From positions 453 through 64,452 of the forward strand of contig LSSI01000089.1 of the NCBI GenBank assembly GCA_001595945.1: a stretch of 64,000 nucleotides of DNA. The letters run 5' to 3'. Made by a program: the position numbers and the translations under genes. Within the stretch, counting starts at the first letter, position 1. Each line of letters begins with the position of its first letter. Source of the stretch: Thermoplasmatales archaeon SM1-50. Lineage in GTDB: Archaea; Thermoplasmatota; E2; DHVEG-1. Positions 49,803-59,955 of the stretch are shown one piece after another. Under the pieces are notes generated by a model that saw only the letters and a program-made list of their open reading frames with translations, did not search any database and was not told where the DNA came from.

Positions 49803-50990
49803 TCAGAATTTTTTTGTTAACATCTCTCCGTATTCAAAACAAGCTTTCCTACCAGCATCATCAGGATTCCACAGCACTTTTAATCCATCATGAACCATGG
49901 AAAACCCTGCTGCCTTCAGATGGTCATTGATGAGATGAACGGACTCTCCGCTCCACCCATAGCACCCAAATGCTGCTGCTTTTTTCTCTTTAAATCCTAA
50001 TCCTCGGAGTTCCTCAAGCAGGGCTGCAATCGCGGTAAGGATTCCTTTATTAATCGTTGGAGAGCCAACCAGAATTGCCTTTGATTTGAATATTTCAGTG
50101 ATAGCATCGTTTTTATCCCTCTGTCCAACGTTGATAAGTTTTACGGTCACTGTCTTGTCCGCATGAACAATACCTTCCGCGATCTGCTCAGCCATAACTC
50201 GCGTACCATTCCACATTGTGTCATAGAGAATGGTAATCTGATTTTCTTTATAGCTCTTCGCCCATTTTAGATAGGTTTCGATGATTTGTTTTGGGTTGTC
50301 CCGCCAGATGACACCATGACTAGTGCAAATCACGTCTACGGGGAGGTTCAGTGTGAGTACCTCCTTTATTTTCTTTTCGACAAGGGCACTAAATGGGGTT
50401 AGAATGTTTGCATAGTATTTCATGGCCTCAGAAATAAGTTCTGATTGATCAACCAAGTCATTAAACATGAATTCCGAGGCATAATGCTCTCCGAATGCAT
50501 CATTGCTAAATAGGATGTTATCACCAGTAAGGTAGCAGAACATCGAATCAGGCCAATGAAGCATTGGTGCCTCGATAAACACCAAATCTTTTTTCCCAAG
50601 ATTTAGGCGGTCACCGGTTTTAACGACCTGGAAATCCCAGTCTTCATGATATTGACCCTTTAAAGATTTCACGGCATTTGATGTACAATAAATAGGAGTA
50701 TTCGGGATTTGCTTCATTAGCTCAGGAAGCGCGCCACTGTGATCTGTCTCCCCATGGTTCGCGATGACATAATCGATTTTTTCGAGATCGATTTCTCTGG
50801 TAAGATTTCTGACAAACTCTTTAGCAAACGGACCCCAGACAGTGTCAATAAGTGCGATTTTCTCCTCTTTAATCAGATAGGAATTATAGGTTGAACCACG
50901 ATGCGTGGATAGCTCATTTCCATGGAATTTCCGAAGCTCCCAATCGATTTTACCCACCCAAGACACATTATCTTTTACAGGGATGTTCAT
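49803..50990 (-). CDS. fprA: Flavodiiron protein (FprA-type; metallo-beta-lactamase plus flavodoxin domains)
   Basis: ANHGETDHSGAL di-iron site motif, then a flavodoxin-like C-terminal domain (ILVGSPTINKG...AAAFGCYGWSGE). Confidence 0.85.
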   Translation of the reverse strand: MNIPVKDNVSWVGKIDWELRKFHGNELSTHRGSTYNSYLIKEEKIALIDTVWGPFAKEFVRNLTREIDLEKIDYVIANHGETDHSGALPELMKQIPNTPIYCTSNAVKSLKGQYHEDWDFQVVKTGDRLNLGKKDLVFIEAPMLHWPDSMFCYLTGDNILFSNDAFGEHYASEFMFNDLVDQSELISEAMKYYANILTPFSALVEKKIKEVLTLNLPVDVICTSHGVIWRDNPKQIIETYLKWAKSYKENQITILYDTMWNGTRVMAEQIAEGIVHADKTVTVKLINVGQRDKNDAITEIFKSKAILVGSPTINKGILTAIAALLEELRGLGFKEKKAAAFGCYGWSGESVHLINDHLKAAGFSMVHDGLKVLWNPDDAGRKACFEYGEMLTKKF

Positions 50991-51246
50991 ATCAATACCT
51001 CCGCAATGTATTAATTTCTTGCAATATCTAGTAGTTTTTAAAAATTTCCTTGAAATTTGATGAAAACTGTGAAAATATATTTCTATTGTTTCAAAGTAAA
51101 GAAAAAAGATGAATTAATTGTCTGCTATCAATTAAAAGATAAGAAATAAAAAGAAACATTCGGAGCAAAAAACTGTTTCTAAAAGATTATATTCAGAATT
51201 CATCGCTTCCAAGGAAGGACCCAAATATTTAATTACTACTGAACCA

Positions 51247-51262
51247 TAATATATTTACATAA
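51247..51262 (+). promoter_or_regulatory. Putative TATA-box-like element upstream of the C25-like gene
   Basis: AT-rich ataatatatttacata about 20-35 nt upstream of ATG 51282, followed by an aggggg SD-like element. Weak, position-based call. Confidence 0.2.
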
Positions 51263-51281
51263 ATAGGGGGTTATAAATAAA

Positions 51282-53771
51282 ATGAAGAAAATAGCAATTC
51301 TGTTTGTTGTAGGAATTCTTGTAGGTACAACCATTGGAGCTGTTGCAACACAAGGTAACCAAAAATCGACCGAATTTCTTTCTGCACATGTATATACACC
51401 GTCTTTTCAGATACAATCCGTTGATAACGATGAATATCTTTTAATTGAACTTTCTGGGACATCCACATTTCAAACAAAAGCCGGGCAACCGCAACTTCCT
51501 AAGATTGTGCGTACCTTCGAACTTCCTTTTGGGGCAAGGAATATCCGTGTTTCACTAAACCCGCTTGATATAACCACCCAGCAGATTGACCAAAAAATTA
51601 GACCAGCTGCCCAAATGCTTCCTCTCACTATTGAATCTCAAAGCCTAGCCGCGTATACCAGGGTTAAAGACGAGCAAGTCTATGCGATGACAACACCGTA
51701 TCCAGAGACATGGTTTACAACTTCAATTGGAGTAGGTGTAAATAAAAACAACAAGCATGTCACCTTTTTAAACGTCTATTATTATCCGATTCGATACACA
51801 CCAGCGACAGGAACCCTACATATCGCCAACGCTGCGGACCTCTCTGTTACTTATACTTCACCGGCGTACAACCCGTTTCCAGCAAACACGGAATATAACC
51901 TAGTTATAATCGCACCAAAATCTTTTGAAAAAGCACTCCAACCACTCATAGAACATAAAGATAGCTACGGTAAGATGACGATACTTAAAACAACCGAAGA
52001 TATCTATAAAAACTATACCGGTGTTGATAAACCAGAGAAGATTAAATATTTCATTAAAGACGCGATTGAAACATGGGGCGTCGAATATGTTCTTTTAGTT
52101 GGTGGATTAAGAAATATGATTTTTGCTAAACCACGAGATAATGTAAACGAAGGAAGTAAGGCATGGCACGTACCTGTTCGATATACAAATCTATATGATA
52201 ACCCCAAATTCCCCTTAAGTGCAGAAAGCACTCTTCATGATCCGGGTGTTATCAGCGACCTTTATTATGCTGATATCTACAACTCCACAGGGAACTTCAG
52301 TAGCTGGGATCCCAATGGGGATGGCGTGTTTGCTGCATGGGGAAAACCAGGGGTTGAAAATGATACCGGAATCGATCTCTATCCTGATGTAGCCGTCGGC
52401 AGACTTGCATGCGTGAGCGTTGCTGAGGTCCGAACCGTCGTAAAGAAGATCATCACCTATGAAACAACAACCTATGGCCAAGACTGGTTCAATAAAATCG
52501 TAGCTATTAGCGGTGATGGATTCTTAGACCAACAGGATCTAAACATTCAATGGAACACTACTGGGCTCCCAAAAGGGACATACACGATTTACGCGCAGAG
52601 CCACAATCCTTCTGCAGAGTATGGGCCTATTGAAACCATTAATGTCACGGTTGATAAAACAAAGGAAACCAACCTTACCTTTAACCATGATGACTATTTA
52701 CGAATTAGCCAATACCCTGGATTGCCCATGGCTGAGATTGTGACGGTCTCTGAGGGAAATGTTCTTGGAAACACTGATTTTACGTATTCTCCTTCTGAGG
52801 GCGAGGCATATTGTAATGAGTTTTATTTCTGGGCAAACATGAGCTATGTTTCTGGGGTTCTTACCATCCGGGGAAAAAGCTATGATCCGAAGCCATACGG
52901 TAATCTCAGTAGCATCCATGTCTGGATAAAAAACAGTACTAATGAGATCGTTTTTGAGGATTGGCGAAATGACACAGAGATGTACTATGAGGGTGAATAC
53001 ACCACCGGAGAAAAAGTTTTGCTTGGTCGGGGTGGTGCTATGTATTATATGCCAGAAGAATTTGAACGGGAAATCGTCTGGGCCTCAAACGGAAAGTTAA
53101 CTGGGGAGGAAGACGTGATTAACGCTTGGAACGAAGGTGCTGGGTTTATGTTCATTTCAGGCCATGGCAGTCCCAATGTCTGGGCTGATCATTACCCTGG
53201 TGTCGCTGGGAATCGTCGATACGGAAGTATTACAGGACTTAGAGTCACAACCCTTCAACCGTGGTCACCGTTTTTCACCAAACCAATATTCCCAATGGAC
53301 ACCATCAAAAACGGTGAGAAACTCCCGATCACAATTATAGGGGGGTGTCATAACAGCCAGTTCAACGTGTCGATGATATATGGATTGCTTGATGGTATGA
53401 TCTATTTGCTACCGAACTTCCCGAAACTCAGCATGTGGTGCTATGGAACACCGGTACCTGAGGCATTCAGTTGGAGACTTATTCGAAATCCACGCGGTGG
53501 ATCTATTGCGAGCATAGGCAACACGGGTCTTGGGTATGGAATGCCTGGTGTTGATCTCACAACCGGTGGTGGTGATGGTTGGGTCACCATTGAATTCTTC
53601 AAGCAGTATGGAGCCGAAGAACAACATATTCTAGGACAAGCTCATAAGCAGACAATAATTTCCTATGCTAACACGTTTGACATGACTGATCTTGCAGCAG
53701 GTCATCCAAAAACCATCCAACAATGGGCGTTGCTTGGCGACCCAAGCCTTATGATTGGTGGATATCAGTAA
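51282..53771 (+). CDS. Secreted C25-like clan CD peptidase paralogue (long form)
   Basis: Signal peptide. Same architecture as 17250 and 23571 (YFIKDAIETWGVEYVLLVGG; DLYYADIYNSTGNFSSWDPNGDGVFAAWG...YPDVAVGRLA; MFISGHGSPNVW; ITIIGGCHNSQFN; C-terminal WALLGDPSLMIGGY). Confidence 0.6.
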   Translation: MKKIAILFVVGILVGTTIGAVATQGNQKSTEFLSAHVYTPSFQIQSVDNDEYLLIELSGTSTFQTKAGQPQLPKIVRTFELPFGARNIRVSLNPLDITTQQIDQKIRPAAQMLPLTIESQSLAAYTRVKDEQVYAMTTPYPETWFTTSIGVGVNKNNKHVTFLNVYYYPIRYTPATGTLHIANAADLSVTYTSPAYNPFPANTEYNLVIIAPKSFEKALQPLIEHKDSYGKMTILKTTEDIYKNYTGVDKPEKIKYFIKDAIETWGVEYVLLVGGLRNMIFAKPRDNVNEGSKAWHVPVRYTNLYDNPKFPLSAESTLHDPGVISDLYYADIYNSTGNFSSWDPNGDGVFAAWGKPGVENDTGIDLYPDVAVGRLACVSVAEVRTVVKKIITYETTTYGQDWFNKIVAISGDGFLDQQDLNIQWNTTGLPKGTYTIYAQSHNPSAEYGPIETINVTVDKTKETNLTFNHDDYLRISQYPGLPMAEIVTVSEGNVLGNTDFTYSPSEGEAYCNEFYFWANMSYVSGVLTIRGKSYDPKPYGNLSSIHVWIKNSTNEIVFEDWRNDTEMYYEGEYTTGEKVLLGRGGAMYYMPEEFEREIVWASNGKLTGEEDVINAWNEGAGFMFISGHGSPNVWADHYPGVAGNRRYGSITGLRVTTLQPWSPFFTKPIFPMDTIKNGEKLPITIIGGCHNSQFNVSMIYGLLDGMIYLLPNFPKLSMWCYGTPVPEAFSWRLIRNPRGGSIASIGNTGLGYGMPGVDLTTGGGDGWVTIEFFKQYGAEEQHILGQAHKQTIISYANTFDMTDLAAGHPKTIQQWALLGDPSLMIGGYQ

Positions 53772-53784
53772 CACCCCATCAAAT

Positions 53785-53798
53785 TTTTTTATTTTTAT
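53785..53798 (+). terminator. Oligo-T terminator candidate
   Basis: T7 then T5 runs 14-27 nt after stop 53771. Confidence 0.3.
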
Positions 53799-53926
53799 TT
53801 AGTTCACCAATGCATAGCTAGAATTATTTTCCTTTGATTTCATAAAAAAATATCGACAATAAGTGATTTTAACTTGGGAAATATATATAAACTTCATTTC
53901 ATATCATCTTATGGAGGACGAAATAT

Positions 53927-55090
53927 ATGAAGAAGAAAAAATTCATACCAATAATAATCGTAGGAATACTCTGTAGTATATCATTTTTCTCTGGATGTAT
54001 ACGACCTTTTGTTATTGATACAGGTGTATGGGATCATATCAATGAAGAAGGAACAGCGGTAAGATTATGGGGACAACTTGATATTATTTTTGAAAGCCCT
54101 GATAACTGGAATGAAGGGTTCGTCTGGGACATTGAATCCCATACGGACTGGCAAGATTATCTCTATCGGGACTGGGCGGATAACCATTATGGGCTTGGAT
54201 TATTTTCGATTAACATCCAAAACCTAAGTCGGACCACGACATATCACTATCGTGCCATCGGGGAAAATCTTAAAGCAGTGAATCAATTTGGTGTTGGACA
54301 TGATTTTACGTTTATCCCTGGTGGTCCACGTGTTGTCACCGATAATGCTTCAAACGTTGGACTTACTGAGGCGACGCTTAGGGGAAATCTTTGGCATATG
54401 GGAGGCGCGTCATCTTGTCTTGTGTACTTCTTATATGGAACCGATATAAATTCATTAAATATACAAACTTCTCCTCAGAATATGACCGATACCGGGGTCT
54501 TCAATGTTTCTCTCACAGGTCTTACCGTTAATACAACATATTACTTCAAGGCTGTTGCCGAAAATGATGCAGATACCTGGGCAGGAATTATCCGGCAGGT
54601 CACACCAGGAAGACCAGTGGTGATAACCAGACAACCCGTTGAAATCGGCAAAAACCATGCGATATTGAAAGGAGAGCTTTGGCACACTGGAGGGACCGCT
54701 GAGTGCGATGTCTGGTTTGTTTATAGTGATAAAGGTCCTAATATCTTTGATCAATCAACCATGCCACAAACCATGAATGCTACAGGGGCGTTTCAGATAT
54801 ATGTTGGGAATCTAAGTCCGATTACAAAATATTGGTATAGAGCCATTGCAGATAATGGATATGCACAAGATGCAGGTGGTATCTATGAGTTCACTACGAC
54901 TCCGACAGCACAGATTAAAAACACAGGGGTTCTTGCACAGCCATATCAATCCGACTCATCCATTCCTTATGAAGATATTCTCTCCCATGTCTCCCCAGGC
55001 TATGCAAAACTTCTTGAAAAGCATCCGCTGCTGCTGAAAGCATTATTACAACAATCACGATTTCGAGCGCTGCTAATGAAACTCGGATGA
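53927..55090 (+). CDS. Putative lipoprotein with three tandem FN3-like domains
   Basis: Lipobox-like SFFSGC after an N-terminal hydrophobic segment. Three roughly 100-aa repeats, each ending in an FN3-like TTYHYRAIGEN / TTYYFKAVAEN / TKYWYRAIADN motif. C-terminal amphipathic helix. Confidence 0.45.
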   Translation: MKKKKFIPIIIVGILCSISFFSGCIRPFVIDTGVWDHINEEGTAVRLWGQLDIIFESPDNWNEGFVWDIESHTDWQDYLYRDWADNHYGLGLFSINIQNLSRTTTYHYRAIGENLKAVNQFGVGHDFTFIPGGPRVVTDNASNVGLTEATLRGNLWHMGGASSCLVYFLYGTDINSLNIQTSPQNMTDTGVFNVSLTGLTVNTTYYFKAVAENDADTWAGIIRQVTPGRPVVITRQPVEIGKNHAILKGELWHTGGTAECDVWFVYSDKGPNIFDQSTMPQTMNATGAFQIYVGNLSPITKYWYRAIADNGYAQDAGGIYEFTTTPTAQIKNTGVLAQPYQSDSSIPYEDILSHVSPGYAKLLEKHPLLLKALLQQSRFRALLMKLG

Positions 55091-55096
55091 AAGTAA

Positions 55097-55115
55097 TTTT
55101 TTTCTTTCTTTTTTT
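55097..55115 (+). terminator. Oligo-T terminator candidate
   Basis: T7 and T7 runs within 25 nt after stop 55090. Confidence 0.3.
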
Positions 55116-55440
55116 AGATTATTAGAAATTGTCTTTTATTGAAGAATTTAGTAAAAAAATTACTTTTTTATATAAATACTCCCTTCTATGATAGTACAAA
55201 AATTAATGAAGAAATAAAGAAATAATATGGTCAAGTATCAATTCGTTCAATTTTGAGTAAAAAACTCTTTTATATTCAGAAGTAACTACTTTTTTATAGT
55301 GGATAATATGAAAGGGATTTGACTGAGGAAAACCATGGAATAATATCATTTAGCTAATGAACTATGGTTAAAATAAAAAGACATATGATCCTCTTCAATC
55401 CATTCAAGAAGTTTGAACAATTTCAAATGGAGGAACAAGC

Positions 55441-58400
55441 ATGAAAAATAAAAGAAGAAAGGTTTGGGCTGTTGTATTCTGTATACTTTTACTTGGAACT
55501 ATGTTTTTTGTTCCTGCGAGCTCAATGCAGGGTAACTCATCGTCTATTGTATATCAACAAAACCAAAGTCATAAACAGTACAATGATGAAGAAAAAGATC
55601 TTGGGCCATTGGTTCCTGATCGTAAATACATACTGTACGATGAGCCTGCACCGATGACAAAGAGCACTGACAATCCCGATGCTGGTACAAAAAAGGATGC
55701 AGGCAATGAGTTTGATTACGCAACCCCCCTCTATCCTGGTGAATGTATTGATAACACACCTGGTCGGGGAAGAACAGGCACCATAGCATCTACAGATATA
55801 TTCGATTGGTACTTCTTTTCAATAAGCCAAGGTCAGGATGTTACAATCACTTTAGTGCCGCAAGCAGGGTTCAACATTGATCTTTTCTTGCTTGATAATA
55901 ATCAAATTGAGATTCTGTCATCGACTAACCCAGCAAGTGACCCAGAAGTAGTTACCCATACTGCAGCGTACACCGGATATCATTACATTAAATTACTCTA
56001 TGTAAGCGGAACAGGAATCGGAGATTATAACTTTACAATAACCATAACAACTCAGAATGACGCAGGGAGCGGAGATGATGCATCTGATGTTTTCGCCACT
56101 GCCCTTTCTATAACCCCAGGAACATACACGGGTTATCTGGACATGAACGACTCCTATGATTTCTATAAGTTTTTTGTTAATGTTGGAAAAGGTATAAATT
56201 TCAGTTTAGAAATGAAAAATACGGCCTTGTTCTCTGATTTTGATATTACTTTGTTTTCACCAAGTGGAACATTGGTCTATGAGGAGGACGCCTATTATGA
56301 TGATGAGCTTTTATATCCTGCTTCAGAAACAGGGGAATGGAGGGTCCGTATCGACATTTTCCCAGGATGGGTTGATGTTCCTCATCCGACTGAATGGGAG
56401 TATTATTCCTATGGTTCAGGGGCATATGTCTTGACTTTTGATATAGAAGAGAGCGCGTCAATCCCACCATCGATCCCACAACCGCAGATTACCCCTATCG
56501 CGAACACCCTCAAGGTTTCAAATGACCCTCTTAGCACAAAGGATGAATTTGGATATCTCGCAGCGATTCCCGCCTGTAACTATGTTGAGGGGGGGACACG
56601 TTATGTTGCTCCTATTATATATGAAGGGGATGACACACCGACAAGCTACTATGGGACTGAAGGAGACCGTGGGACGGTAGACGACACAACGCAGTATCTC
56701 ATTGATGATTGGAACGCCTATCTTTCAAACCATGGGGTGACTCCATTTATCTATGATGTCCCAACAGATTCTGTCATCGCCGCAGCACAAATCGCACAGA
56801 ATTACTGGACTTCTTCAGATCTTGCTGTGGTCGCCGTGGATGGAAGCGGTTATATGGATGATGTGAAAACTATTTTAAAACGAACAAAGACACTTACCAG
56901 GGTTGTTGAAGTTGATGAGATTCAGAACGATGACCCAAAGATTTCAAGTGATTTAGGGTATATGATGTTACTTGGTCCGAAATGGTGCGCCCTAGGCGTC
57001 AATGTTACAGGAATTTCCATAACAAGCAGCAGCCAGGCTGGTGCTTTACTCACACAGGTGTACCCAAAATACATTGATATGAGCTCTGACGACTGGCCTA
57101 CCCCATACGATGGGCCAGGAAATGCAGGTGACATTTATCATCCTGTATCCCGCATAGGACTGTGGTCAGCAAGTACAGCAGTATCAAATACTCAGTTCGA
57201 TTTACTTCGTGTAACAAAATATGCAGGGGACCGCTTTCATGTTCGCGTGAGAAACGCTGATTCCACGCTTACTGCGAAAATTACAACCACCGAGCCTTCT
57301 GATCTTCTTGTATTCCTTGTTGATCCTCGTGGTTATGTCCGTGCTCCTGATATGCCTATATGGAACGGACCGGTAAACCCGATTCATGTCTGGAATGGAC
57401 TGGAAAACCCGACTGTGAACCCCTGGAGATGCTGGAATCCGGAGCCTCATACAGAATGCATTGCAGAGGTGTTACATCCTGAGGAAGGTTGGTGGACCGT
57501 TATCGTCGTCCCACGATATGAAGTCGGCCCAGAAAAAATCAGATATACTGTGACCGTTGACCAACGAACCGTGAATGCAAAACGAGCAGATGCTGAGATC
57601 TCTGCCGCAAATGCTGCGGTAATCGCTTCTTTAAATCACGCGCCTCTTTTATACGTCTCTGAAGATGCGATACCGTCTGTAACGGCAACTGCTTTTACCG
57701 CGCTTGGGGTCAACAAGGTTATCTTTGTTGAAAGGGGAGATATCGGCACAGTGAGTTTCCCTTCAGGTATCACCGTTCAAGCTGATTTAACTGAGATGCA
57801 AGATATCGTCGATCACATCAAAGCGTATGACGACTCGGAGAACTTCATCACTATCACTTCACTTAAAACAGGTAAAGGGTTCTTTGCCCCAGCTGCGTAT
57901 CTTGCGGCCTATCATGGTTCACCAGTCCTTCGTATTGAGGATGCACCAGGGAATCCAGCGGCAATGGCTGACCGTATTGAAACATGGCGGCTTGGTGATG
58001 GAGATTACTATCATGGTGCGCGTGCCCCGGCGCATCTACCTGATGCAAGAGAACCTGTCGACCAGAACCCTATTCGATTACTTACTGCCATGCTTCAGTT
58101 CTTACGATCAAAGAACTCCTCGGTGCTACCACCGCTTGGGATGGATGCTGATCGATACTGGCGTGCAGAGATGCACAATGAAACATATGAGTGGATTGCC
58201 AGCTACAATCTTGATCTTGAAGGACAGGAGGCATACTGTTTCGTTGCCCCGAGAACCGATATCTATCTGCCTTTACATTCTGTCATGATTGGGAATAATT
58301 CTTATGCGGGTCATATTCCCGGTGACACCCCTGCATATTCCTCTGCGATTATCGTTCGTAGCGTGCTCTACCCAGTTATTATCTTTGCAAACCCCAATCG

Positions 58401-59172
58401 AAATACCACGACATCTCAATTGATGAATTTTCCTGATGGTGACTCTTGGACATATAACAATGGACAAAGTGAATTAACTTATTCAAGTCGCACTGTGAAA
58501 CAGTGTTTCAGTTCACATTTCAGGACCTTTGAAGGGCATTGCCTCTGGGATGCACATCTGCAGGAAATGAATAACGGGGTTAGTGTATTCTACTACAGTG
58601 GTCATGGTACCGGAGGCAGTGGTATCTCTGCACAGTATTACCAGACTGAGCATTGCAACTATCCTGAGCAGATCTGGTGGGATGCCTGGCGTGGTTACAG
58701 CGGGTATGATCGTTGGCGTATCGTGAGAAACAACGGAAAGAGCTGGTATAACCCAGAACCTCCATCTCTTTACGATATCATTCAATACGACCATGTCGAT
58801 CGACTCCTTGGAAATCTGAAAAGCTGTGCCGTCTTCTATCAATCCTGTTCAACTGGTGATGGATATGGCCCGATGGTGTATCTTGATCATGGGGCAGTAC
58901 TCTGGTATGGAAACGCAGGCTCCGGACTCTGTCCAGAAGCTGATTTAATGGATGACAAGTTCTTCGAAGGTACGATGTTACATGGTGAAACGGTCGGTCA
59001 AGCGTATTCAAAAGAAGTCTGGCTCCATTATCGTGATTTCACCACCCTTGATCCAGTTGCGATGTATGGATCATCTACGAACCGGATTACTACCATGCAA
59101 TGCATCTATGGAGATCCTACCTTGGTGATTTTCAGCCCAGAATGGACAGAACCAGCACCAATTATGGGATAA
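55441..59172 (+). CDS. Giant secreted clan CD (C25/C11-like) cysteine peptidase homologue with two N-terminal PPC (pre-peptidase C-terminal) domains
   Basis: Signal peptide. Two PPC-like domains (DWYFFSISQGQDVTITL...DLFLLD; DFYKFFVNVGKGINFSL...DITLFSP). C-terminal His/Cys contexts VFYYSGHGTGGSG and AVFYQSCSTGDGYG. 1243 aa. Confidence 0.55.
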   Translation: MKNKRRKVWAVVFCILLLGTMFFVPASSMQGNSSSIVYQQNQSHKQYNDEEKDLGPLVPDRKYILYDEPAPMTKSTDNPDAGTKKDAGNEFDYATPLYPGECIDNTPGRGRTGTIASTDIFDWYFFSISQGQDVTITLVPQAGFNIDLFLLDNNQIEILSSTNPASDPEVVTHTAAYTGYHYIKLLYVSGTGIGDYNFTITITTQNDAGSGDDASDVFATALSITPGTYTGYLDMNDSYDFYKFFVNVGKGINFSLEMKNTALFSDFDITLFSPSGTLVYEEDAYYDDELLYPASETGEWRVRIDIFPGWVDVPHPTEWEYYSYGSGAYVLTFDIEESASIPPSIPQPQITPIANTLKVSNDPLSTKDEFGYLAAIPACNYVEGGTRYVAPIIYEGDDTPTSYYGTEGDRGTVDDTTQYLIDDWNAYLSNHGVTPFIYDVPTDSVIAAAQIAQNYWTSSDLAVVAVDGSGYMDDVKTILKRTKTLTRVVEVDEIQNDDPKISSDLGYMMLLGPKWCALGVNVTGISITSSSQAGALLTQVYPKYIDMSSDDWPTPYDGPGNAGDIYHPVSRIGLWSASTAVSNTQFDLLRVTKYAGDRFHVRVRNADSTLTAKITTTEPSDLLVFLVDPRGYVRAPDMPIWNGPVNPIHVWNGLENPTVNPWRCWNPEPHTECIAEVLHPEEGWWTVIVVPRYEVGPEKIRYTVTVDQRTVNAKRADAEISAANAAVIASLNHAPLLYVSEDAIPSVTATAFTALGVNKVIFVERGDIGTVSFPSGITVQADLTEMQDIVDHIKAYDDSENFITITSLKTGKGFFAPAAYLAAYHGSPVLRIEDAPGNPAAMADRIETWRLGDGDYYHGARAPAHLPDAREPVDQNPIRLLTAMLQFLRSKNSSVLPPLGMDADRYWRAEMHNETYEWIASYNLDLEGQEAYCFVAPRTDIYLPLHSVMIGNNSYAGHIPGDTPAYSSAIIVRSVLYPVIIFANPNRNTTTSQLMNFPDGDSWTYNNGQSELTYSSRTVKQCFSSHFRTFEGHCLWDAHLQEMNNGVSVFYYSGHGTGGSGISAQYYQTEHCNYPEQIWWDAWRGYSGYDRWRIVRNNGKSWYNPEPPSLYDIIQYDHVDRLLGNLKSCAVFYQSCSTGDGYGPMVYLDHGAVLWYGNAGSGLCPEADLMDDKFFEGTMLHGETVGQAYSKEVWLHYRDFTTLDPVAMYGSSTNRITTMQCIYGDPTLVIFSPEWTEPAPIMG

Positions 59173-59180
59173 TCACCCAA

Positions 59181-59190
59181 TTTTTTTTTT
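59181..59190 (+). terminator. T10 archaeal-type terminator
   Basis: Ten consecutive T starting 9 nt after stop 59172. Confidence 0.4.
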
Positions 59191-59196
59191 ATATAT

Positions 59197-59772
59197 TTAT
59201 GGTACCCCTGGTTTTTTATTCTGTCGTGAGCGTTGTACAATATGGGCGATTCTTTTACTCCTTGTTTCTTTTGTTTTCGCACTTTTCACCCATCCACAGT
59301 ACATGTTTCTGTAACTATTTGCGAAGCCTTGGAAATTATTCCATGCAACACTATCTGCCTGAAGTGCTTGTTTCAGATCTGAAGGGATTCGCTCCTTAAC
59401 CTTATTTGTATAAGCAGTATCCCATAACCCTTGTCTTTTTGCTTCTTCGATTTTTTCCAAACCTGCCTTGGTCATTTTTCCAGAGACAATCAATACTTCA
59501 GCGTTTTGTTTATTTATTTTTGACCAAACACTTTTTGATTTCCTTGGTGAATACTTTAGTATGAATCGATCTTCATCAATCTTTTTCAGTTTGCTATCAA
59601 TCCAACCAAAACAGAGAGCCTCTATGACAGCATCACGATGATTCAAGTAGTGTTTGCCAGAATTTTTCTTATAATGAATAAGCCAGATTTCTTTGGCAAT
59701 CATATGGTGTTTTTCAAGCCATGAGCGCCATTCGTTTCTATTGGAAAGTAATAGAGCCTTTTCAAGACTCAT
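59197..59772 (-). CDS. YdeI/OmpD-associated family protein
   Basis: WRSWLEKHH...EIWLIHYKK...EALCFGWIDSKLKKIDEDRFILKYSPRKSKSVWSKIN matches this family. Start taken at MSLEKALL. Confidence 0.55.
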   Translation of the reverse strand: MSLEKALLLSNRNEWRSWLEKHHMIAKEIWLIHYKKNSGKHYLNHRDAVIEALCFGWIDSKLKKIDEDRFILKYSPRKSKSVWSKINKQNAEVLIVSGKMTKAGLEKIEEAKRQGLWDTAYTNKVKERIPSDLKQALQADSVAWNNFQGFANSYRNMYCGWVKSAKTKETRSKRIAHIVQRSRQNKKPGVP

Positions 59773-59955
59773 ACGTCTGCCTCCTTCTTTCGTATATAAA
59801 AACAAAGATTTATTTTTTATGATAGACTGTTTGATTACACTTAAGAATATTTACTAATGATGATGTTATGTGTCTTTTTCTTGAGAGAGAGTATTTAATC
59901 TCCGTTTCTATCCATTATGTATTATTTGCTAAACATTCGCATTTCTCGGTGTAAA

